A stretch of 64,000 nt of DNA from a virus (Duplodnaviria; Heunggongvirae; Uroviricota; Caudoviricetes). Numbering within the stretch: the stretch's first letter is position 1; each line of letters starts with the position of its first letter. The notes under the pieces were generated by a model. The model did no database searches. It was not told the DNA's origin and worked only from the letters and a program-made list of their open reading frames with translations. Shown here piece after piece: positions 57,592-64,000 of the stretch. The stretch lies in IMG/VR virus record IMGVR_UViG_3300017747_005082, positions 73,618 to 137,617 of that record; one strand, given 5' to 3'. Both the position numbers and the translations under genes were made by a program.

Positions 57592-59445
57592 TTATTTTTT
57601 TAAATAGGTTTCTTCAATATGTTCATTAGCATATTTAATTGTTTCGCAAACCATTCTTTGTCCAGTACAAGTAATAGCTGATGATAATATTTTGAAACCA
57701 TCTGTAAATCTCCAAGCATTAATTGCAAATGCTCCATAAACGGCATTTAATAGAATTTTGAATGAGTGTTGTTGAGAATCATATAATTTTCCTAAAACTT
57801 CATCACCTTCTTTATAGGCAATTTCCATTTTATGTTTATATTCCTTTCTTAATTTAAACCAATCTGTTAATACTTTAGCTACTACACTTTGAGTATCTGT
57901 TCTAAATATAACCCCATTAGCAGAAATAGTCCAGTTTTTATCTTCTATATTTTTTACTATTTTACCAATGGTAGTATTATGAGTAGTAAAAGTATATGTT
58001 TCCTTATCAAGAATTTCAAATTGGATTTCTTCATTTTGGTTTTTATTCTTTAAATCTTCTAACCCCCACCAAATATTTCTAGTTGGATTATCAATTGCTA
58101 TTCTTCCTATTAAAGTTTCAATACCTAAATTTAAAGATCTAATAATTGATGGATATAGGGAAGCATAATCAAAATCACTCAACCATCTATATATTCCTGG
58201 AATAGGTTCTAATAAAAATCCTCCAGCATATGATTCTTTTTTACGAATAGTTTTAATTCCTCGTAATTTTAATTCTCCTAACGCTGTTTTTACATAAACT
58301 TCCTCTCCTTCAACAGAATGTACCTCTCCTTCAATAGTTGGAGTACCTCTTTGATGAACAACTATATCTCCTTCGTTTAATTCACGAATTTCTTTATTAA
58401 TAGTAGTAGGTTTATTATGAACTATTATTCCTTCACGTTTTAAATAAGTAAGAATAGCTCCCTCATTTAAAACTGTATTATAATAAATAGATTCATAAGA
58501 AGTATGACATAAATGTGAAATTAAAATAGTTAATTGAACAAATTGTAAGTTTTTCTCCAATTCTTCAATAATTTCAACATCACGAATATTATAATCAATA
58601 TATTTTTCAGGGTCTTCCTCAAATAATTGATCTAAATTTCCTTTATATTCAATTTTACCAAGTTTAGCATATTTAATACCAATATCATGCAATTTATATG
58701 ATGGTTCTTCTTTTGTAATATATTTTTTAGTCAACCTCATGAAATCTAAACAATTTATACCACCTATAGTGATAGGATTATCAGGATTTGCAGGTTGATT
58801 AATTACTTTTTTTATTGGAGATAATAAATTAGCTGTTTCTTCACCAAATACTTTTAAAATCCTACAATACAAATAAGGCATATCGAAATAATCACTATTC
58901 CAGCCAACAACTATAGTAGGATCTAATTCTCTCCATTTCTTTAAAAATTTAGAAATTAAATCTCTTTCACTATAACATACTATAATTTGTTTTCCTTCTT
59001 TTTGTAAATCTGTTAATTTAGATTTTCCATCAACAATAAAACATATCTTTTGTTTAGTAGTTATATCTATTAAAGCTATTGAAGTTAATTCTGCTGGAGC
59101 AGCTTGTATATAACTAGGTGTTAAAGAACCCAACAACTGAATCTCAATATCTAAATAAAGTATATTATGATATGAAGGTTGTGAATCATCTTTATAATAG
59201 AAATCTCTTAAAACTGCTATTTCTTTTTGGATATCCTTTTCAAGAATGTGGTTATCAAACCAATCATACTTTCCTTCTACTTTGGATACTCTTTTTCCAA
59301 ATAAAGTACTATACTCCCCTTCAGGATTTACTTCATAAACTGGTGGAGAATATTTAAATCTTTTCCATTTTTCAATATCATCTCTGAGGTAAATATATCC
59401 TTTATCTGGGTTCTTCCTTCTTTCAAAAAAAATTGCTTGGTACAT
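57592..59445 (-). CDS. family-B DNA polymerase, N-terminal fragment (3'-5' exonuclease + palm/fingers, 617 aa)
   Basis: Exo I YLDIEIQ, Exo II WNSDYFDMPYL, Exo III YNIRDVEII, Pol motif A DFDYASLYPSII, motif B KILLNAVYG. Confidence 0.85.
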   Translation of the reverse strand: MYQAIFFERRKNPDKGYIYLRDDIEKWKRFKYSPPVYEVNPEGEYSTLFGKRVSKVEGKYDWFDNHILEKDIQKEIAVLRDFYYKDDSQPSYHNILYLDIEIQLLGSLTPSYIQAAPAELTSIALIDITTKQKICFIVDGKSKLTDLQKEGKQIIVCYSERDLISKFLKKWRELDPTIVVGWNSDYFDMPYLYCRILKVFGEETANLLSPIKKVINQPANPDNPITIGGINCLDFMRLTKKYITKEEPSYKLHDIGIKYAKLGKIEYKGNLDQLFEEDPEKYIDYNIRDVEIIEELEKNLQFVQLTILISHLCHTSYESIYYNTVLNEGAILTYLKREGIIVHNKPTTINKEIRELNEGDIVVHQRGTPTIEGEVHSVEGEEVYVKTALGELKLRGIKTIRKKESYAGGFLLEPIPGIYRWLSDFDYASLYPSIIRSLNLGIETLIGRIAIDNPTRNIWWGLEDLKNKNQNEEIQFEILDKETYTFTTHNTTIGKIVKNIEDKNWTISANGVIFRTDTQSVVAKVLTDWFKLRKEYKHKMEIAYKEGDEVLGKLYDSQQHSFKILLNAVYGAFAINAWRFTDGFKILSSAITCTGQRMVCETIKYANEHIEETYLKK

Positions 59446-59577
59446 TATTTATTTGATTTATTTCTATTTCCTATTTGATATGAATAACCAAATAATTTTG
59501 CTATTTCTGTTGTTTTAAATAATGGTTGATGATTTGTGAAGTGGAAACATTTCTGTTGTTCTTCTAAAATAATTAAA

Positions 59578-60138
59578 TTAAAAGAAGAGCATGGAATTAT
59601 ATGGTCTATTTTTCCCATTTAAAATTTTAATTGCTTTTTCAGCACATATTCTAGTTAAACCATATCCAATATCAATACAATCTTCATGGTTATTATTTTT
59701 ACTACATATTACAAAGTTATCTTTTTGTGAAAATAACATATCATTATCATCATCTAAAATAACATAATTATCTACTTTATTTTCTTTTAACCAATATTCG
59801 ATTTCACAACCTCTTGGGATTGAATAACCCCTTATTTTAGGAGTGGGTTTTTCTAATAATTTATTATTCCAAAATCGTATACTCCCCCCCTTTTTTAAAT
59901 ATAAACTAGGAGTAGTATCAATTAATTCACCAGGTAAATTTCTATCTAACCACATAGATTTCATTTCCTCTAATCCGTTTTTTCTCCAAGAAGAAGAAAT
60001 TACAATTTTAGCTCCTGTTGAATCTATAATCCATTTTAAATTATCTTCAAAATGTTTATGAAATATTTTACCATATTTATCATGACCTTGTCCTATAACA
60101 TTCAAAACACCATCAATATCTAAAAATATTACTTTCAT
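59578..60138 (-). CDS. HAD-superfamily phosphatase (186 aa)
   Basis: N-terminal FLDIDGVLN (DxDG[T/V]) motif. Confidence 0.55.
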   Translation of the reverse strand: MKVIFLDIDGVLNVIGQGHDKYGKIFHKHFEDNLKWIIDSTGAKIVISSSWRKNGLEEMKSMWLDRNLPGELIDTTPSLYLKKGGSIRFWNNKLLEKPTPKIRGYSIPRGCEIEYWLKENKVDNYVILDDDNDMLFSQKDNFVICSKNNNHEDCIDIGYGLTRICAEKAIKILNGKNRPYNSMLFF

Positions 60139-60563
60139 ATCAATTGATTTAATAGTTTTTTAATATGTAAATTAGGAGTTATATTAGGGTTTCTTTTCTT
60201 AAAGTCTTGATAAGATTCAGTTCCTAGTATATCTTGAATAAATTCTCCTACAGCTCCGCTTCTAGAAATACCAGCACTACAATGAACAAAACATCTTTTT
60301 TTATCCTTATTTGATTTTATAAATTGATAAATTTCCTCAGCTTGTTTTTCATTCATAGGTTTATAGTTACCAATTTCATATTCTAAATCATAAAACCACC
60401 AAGTTTTATAATTATCGCAATCATTAAATAATCTATCTGGAAAATCAGGATCTAATATACTAATAAAAAATATATCATCAAACATTTCAGGACTGCTTCC
60501 TTTTTGTTTAAAAGAATCCAACATTTGTTGGAAAACATGTTTTGGAAAAATATTAATTATCAT
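60135..60563 (-). CDS. dual-specificity / tyrosine phosphatase (CX5R, 142 aa)
   Basis: VHCSAGISRSG P-loop signature. Confidence 0.7.
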   Translation of the reverse strand: MIINIFPKHVFQQMLDSFKQKGSSPEMFDDIFFISILDPDFPDRLFNDCDNYKTWWFYDLEYEIGNYKPMNEKQAEEIYQFIKSNKDKKRCFVHCSAGISRSGAVGEFIQDILGTESYQDFKKRNPNITPNLHIKKLLNQLI

Positions 60564-60615
60564 TATTTGTCATTAAGTGAATTATAAATTCAGAAGGTAA
60601 ATATATATTTTCATA

Positions 60616-61032
60616 TTAATTTTTGGTTGTATAATTAACCATTAATTTATGCCAAAATTTTTTAGGAAGATGTATATTATCAATATTAATAGCGTTTTCA
60701 AATAAAGGTGCTACTTCTTTAGGTTGTAAACCAGCTAACCCACAACCTATTTCAGTCACAAGAAATGTTAAATTTGGATTAGCTTTAGCAAATTCAATAA
60801 ATTCATCTACATAATATTGAATTTTAGGAAGTGTTAATGTTTTTGTTATAGAAGCATTTTTTGTTGGAATTCCGTATGTTTTTCCTTGGAGTCCTTTAGG
60901 TTGTCCCCAAATAGCTCCCCAAGTCAAAGCTTGACGAGCAGCTCCAGCCCCATGTCTTCCAGATTCATTAGAACCAAAAACAAAAACTTCATTATCTTTT
61001 AATATTTGTATATTATTTTCTGTTACTCTCAT
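60616..61032 (-). CDS. Rossmann-like protein of unknown function (138 aa)
   Basis: VFVFGSNESGRHGAGAARQA glycine-rich loop. Confidence 0.3.
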   Translation of the reverse strand: MRVTENNIQILKDNEVFVFGSNESGRHGAGAARQALTWGAIWGQPKGLQGKTYGIPTKNASITKTLTLPKIQYYVDEFIEFAKANPNLTFLVTEIGCGLAGLQPKEVAPLFENAINIDNIHLPKKFWHKLMVNYTTKN

Positions 61033-61312
61033 ATTAATATAAAATAACTTTGTATATCATTTCTCTCAAAAAAACCTAATTTTCTTAAATATCCGTTATT
61101 ATATACCTCAAAATATTCTGTATCTTCCATAATTTTATTATTAATCACTATTTCTTTAGTATATTTTCGATATACTTTTTTATATGATGTCCAAAAAAAT
61201 TTATATTGTATATATAATTCAGTATAATTTTCCTCTTGATTATGATAAAGTATCTTAATTTTATCTATATTATTTGTATTTAATAAAGGCATAATTTGTA
61301 ATTTTATTTATT

Positions 61313-61344
61313 AGTAAACATACGAAAGGTCTCTTAAGAGGCCT
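61313..61344 (-). promoter_or_regulatory. terminator-promoter cassette (agtaaacatacgaa + AGGTCTCTTAAGAGGCCT)
   Basis: Near-identical to 24444-24475 and 35617-35647; after the MazG-like gene and upstream of 61029..61292. Confidence 0.55.
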
Positions 61345-61348
61345 AATA

Positions 61349-61825
61349 TTATTCAAAAAACTGTTTTAAATTTGGTTTAAAATATGTAATAGATTTTTGA
61401 ACTTTTCTATCTGAAGAACGATATACTACCCAATGTTCTTCCACTTTTTCATAATGACATGGTTGTCCTAGCATTATTTCTCTATCTTTTACTGTAGCTA
61501 TAGCATCTTCTTCAGATAAACAAATTTTAGACATATTAGATATTTGTATTTCTTTATATACATCTTCTATCTTATCTTTCATTCCATGTAACATAATTCC
61601 ATTACATAAAACATACATAATATCACCTAAAGCATCTGCTACTCCAACTAAATCATTAGTTTCACATGCCTCTTTATATTCATCTAATTCTTCTTTAATA
61701 AAATTATATATAAATTCCCATTGCCATTTTTCTTTAGGTATATTTGGAATATATGAATTCGGTTTACCCATAGCTTTATTAAAAGCTTCTACTTCACTTA
61801 CAAAAGGTACAAAACTCATACTCAT
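61349..61825 (-). CDS. MazG-like nucleoside triphosphate pyrophosphohydrolase (158 aa)
   Basis: EELDEYKEA ... VGVADALGDIMYV (E-E-x-x-E ... D-x-x-D metal-binding helices); terminator-promoter cassette 61313-61344 downstream. Confidence 0.55.
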   Translation of the reverse strand: MSMSFVPFVSEVEAFNKAMGKPNSYIPNIPKEKWQWEFIYNFIKEELDEYKEACETNDLVGVADALGDIMYVLCNGIMLHGMKDKIEDVYKEIQISNMSKICLSEEDAIATVKDREIMLGQPCHYEKVEEHWVVYRSSDRKVQKSITYFKPNLKQFFE

Positions 61826-62064
61826 TATTCTAAATCTATTTTAGAGATGGCTAACATAATTTTTTCTCTGATAATTTTTGCTTGATCTTCATCTATTCTA
61901 TTCTGGTATGAAGAGACTAAAGTTTTATCACCATTAATAGTATTTATATAGTATGATTTTACTTTCAGTAATTGATTTAGTTGCAAAATTGTACTTAGTA
62001 AGTTTTGGTTTTTGAAATGTTTTATTTCTTCTACTTGTTGTTGAATTGTCTGTGACATAATTAT

Positions 62065-62700
62065 TTATATTAATTTTATTATACTTGTTATTGCTATTCT
62101 ATAATCATCAGTTAAATTGGGAGAGGAAAAGTGCATACAATCTTTATCATGTACTAATATTTCTCCAACTTTCATTGGAACTTTTACAAATTCTCTATTT
62201 TTATAATAATCGGAATATAATGAAAAACCAGTTTTACCTGTTCTTGTTCTAACATTTGTTCCAATAGCTTTATGTTCTACTAAACCATTTTTATGGCTTC
62301 CTGGTACATAAAACATACATGAATTTATTAAATCAACATCTTGTAAAGGAATCCAAAATGTAAAAACTTTTTCTTTACTATCAAAATAAGCATTATCTTG
62401 ATGGGCTGAGGTCATTTTGTAATTAGGAGGTTTACAAAAATATTGATTATTAAGTACTTGATAATTACCATCCCAAATTAATCTAACTAATTGTTCATTC
62501 AAATTACCAAAATTTAGATTTTGAATTTGCTTAATATCTCCTAATTTGGTTCTAAAAACATCAGTATTAATACTATATTTGGCTACTTCTTCTAAATCTA
62601 AAGAATAAGTATTAATAATATCTTTTATAAAAGGGTTATTAAATACTTGAAATCCATCTTCCTCTAATGTTTCACTTCCTATGTAATTTTTGAATTCCAT
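62065..62700 (-). CDS. PhyH-like 2-oxoglutarate/Fe(II)-dependent dioxygenase (211 aa)
   Basis: HQD (H-x-D) ... HKA... H...R arrangement. Confidence 0.45.
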   Translation of the reverse strand: MEFKNYIGSETLEEDGFQVFNNPFIKDIINTYSLDLEEVAKYSINTDVFRTKLGDIKQIQNLNFGNLNEQLVRLIWDGNYQVLNNQYFCKPPNYKMTSAHQDNAYFDSKEKVFTFWIPLQDVDLINSCMFYVPGSHKNGLVEHKAIGTNVRTRTGKTGFSLYSDYYKNREFVKVPMKVGEILVHDKDCMHFSSPNLTDDYRIAITSIIKLI

Positions 62701-63198
62701 TTAATATATACTTGTGTTTAAATTTAATAATTTTGGTTTCTTAAAATTAGAATGTATGAAATATAAATATTCATTCCAAATCTTTTCTAAACCTTTATTA
62801 AAACCTAAGGCTCTTGTAATTTTATAACCTTCTCCATCTTTATTATAAAAATGAGTTATAGTTGCTTCATTACATTGAGTTTTTATTATTAAATCAGGAA
62901 CTATATAACCATCTTTAGCTAATTTTCTAAGTAATCTAAATCCTAATATTCCTTCTACAATTATTGGGGTAACTGAATAATAATATTGTTGGAGTTCATT
63001 TTCTAAATATGTTATAGCATCTTCATGTCCATATTTTTCAATAAATTCATCAGAAATTAGTAAAGTTCTATTTAATTCTTTTGCTAGTTTACGAGCTATA
63101 GTGATTTTTCCTGTTTTTGTATAACCTATTACAAAAATAATATTCAGAGGTTCACAATATTCAACTATTTTTTCTGTAATTAAATCTTCTAAATTCAT
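62701..63198 (-). CDS. P-loop kinase/NTPase (165 aa)
   Basis: Walker A GYTKTGKIT near the N-terminus. Confidence 0.5.
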   Translation of the reverse strand: MNLEDLITEKIVEYCEPLNIIFVIGYTKTGKITIARKLAKELNRTLLISDEFIEKYGHEDAITYLENELQQYYYSVTPIIVEGILGFRLLRKLAKDGYIVPDLIIKTQCNEATITHFYNKDGEGYKITRALGFNKGLEKIWNEYLYFIHSNFKKPKLLNLNTSIY

Positions 63199-63445
63199 TT
63201 TCTTTTAAAATATTCAGTCCCATTTTCATCTACTAACATACCATGATGAAATTTATCAAGTGGTATTTCTTCAAAAGATAATTTATTATCATAATATGAA
63301 GAAATATATAGTATATCCTTTGTACCATGTCTACATTCTACAAGATCAGTACCATCATCCCATAATAAAATTCTAATAGTATAAGAACATTTGGGAAATT
63401 TACTCCTTATATCATCTATAACTAATTGGATTTTTTCTTCTTGTG

Positions 63446-63805
63446 TCATTCTTTAGTTATTAATCCTAAATTATAATAAACTTGGAAATCATTAAAATTT
63501 GGATTTGATTTTTCTAATAATATTTTATCTCCAATTTTATAATTAAAAATTTCTCCATTTCGAGTAATTACTAAATTATTATTAATATAATAAGTACCTT
63601 CTACGAGTAATTCTGTATTATTTTTTGGTTGTTGTATATTTGGCTGAGAATAAGGAAATAATTCATTTAATACGTTTTTTCTACGTGTACATCCACAATT
63701 TTCTATACCAAGTATATCGGTAGTTTTTTCAACTACCGATTTTATACCTGTTACTTTAAATATTTTTTCAAGACTATCTCCTAATCCTTTAGATTTCTTT
63801 TCCAT
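63446..63805 (-). CDS. hypothetical protein (119 aa)
   Basis: ORF track. Confidence 0.45.
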   Translation of the reverse strand: MEKKSKGLGDSLEKIFKVTGIKSVVEKTTDILGIENCGCTRRKNVLNELFPYSQPNIQQPKNNTELLVEGTYYINNNLVITRNGEIFNYKIGDKILLEKSNPNFNDFQVYYNLGLITKE

Positions 63806-64000
63806 CTTTATCTAATTCCCAAATATCATAATAAAACCAGTTATTTTTCCCAAACTTGGAATTCACTAATTCAGTTATATTCTCTCTATTATCATGATCT
63901 GTTATGATTTCTGACGATTTAGAATAATCTTCCTCTAACCATACTACAATTTTATTCATTTAATATATTTTTTATACTCCACGTAAATCATCAAAGGAAA

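Noticed and set aside
55618-59445. Intein or group I intron as the cause of the polymerase split
   Set aside because: The inserted ORFs are out of frame with stop codons at both junctions, so this is no intein. There is no spacing for intron core structure between tightly abutting ORFs, so a split gene with inserted endonuclease cargo is more parsimonious. This was not tested.

Overview
This is an AT-rich, gene-dense window from a large virulent phage-like genome whose host is probably a Bacteroidetes/Flavobacteriia bacterium; G+C looks like roughly a quarter to 30% by eye. The host guess rests on many predicted secreted proteins and lipoproteins with 'MKK..LL...SCxx / ..YSQ'-type signal peptides. 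Every credible gene is on the minus strand; all + strand ORFs in the track lie antisense inside better minus-strand ORFs and look spurious. A T4-like replication module is recognisable. It comprises a family-B DNA polymerase split into two ORFs by an inserted HNH-like endonuclease gene plus a small mosaic-family gene, a candidate sliding clamp, a clamp-loader AAA+ ATPase, and a KxDG ATP-dependent DNA ligase. Other recognisable genes are a full-length GroEL with an adjacent GroES-like co-chaperonin, a thioredoxin, a PD-(D/E)xK/Cas4-like nuclease and MazG-like pyrophosphatases. There are also HAD, dual-specificity and calcineurin-like phosphatases, a PhyH-like 2OG/Fe(II) dioxygenase and a P-loop kinase. 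Mobile genes include free-standing HNH and GIY-YIG endonucleases. A roughly 10 kb sugar-modification cluster holds GT2, GT4 and GT-A DxD glycosyltransferases, a SAM methyltransferase and a hexapeptide acyltransferase. The most unusual feature is an expanded family of at least 27 small ORFs (70-110 aa), mostly at 18.4-35.6 kb, that all end in the C-terminal tetrapeptide Y-[E/D/Q]-I-Y immediately before the stop codon. This corresponds to a conserved DNA string TAYGAAATATATTAR that sits in the start context of the next gene. A second small family (the 'MKEQ' ORFs, four copies) shows patchy near-identical DNA at gene termini, suggesting cassette-like recombination. A highly conserved 14-15 nt promoter-like motif (coding strand TTCGTATATTTACAA) lies 20-35 nt upstream of at least 24 genes. 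In several places it is fused to a conserved GC hairpin (AGGCCTCTTAAGAGGCCT), giving terminator-promoter cassettes. A roughly 1.2 kb ORF-free island (8.9-10.1 kb) holds a truncated tRNA-like element. A promoter + short ORF-less segment + terminator unit at 18.0-18.16 kb is a candidate small RNA. All functional calls come from motifs read by eye and have not been checked against databases.
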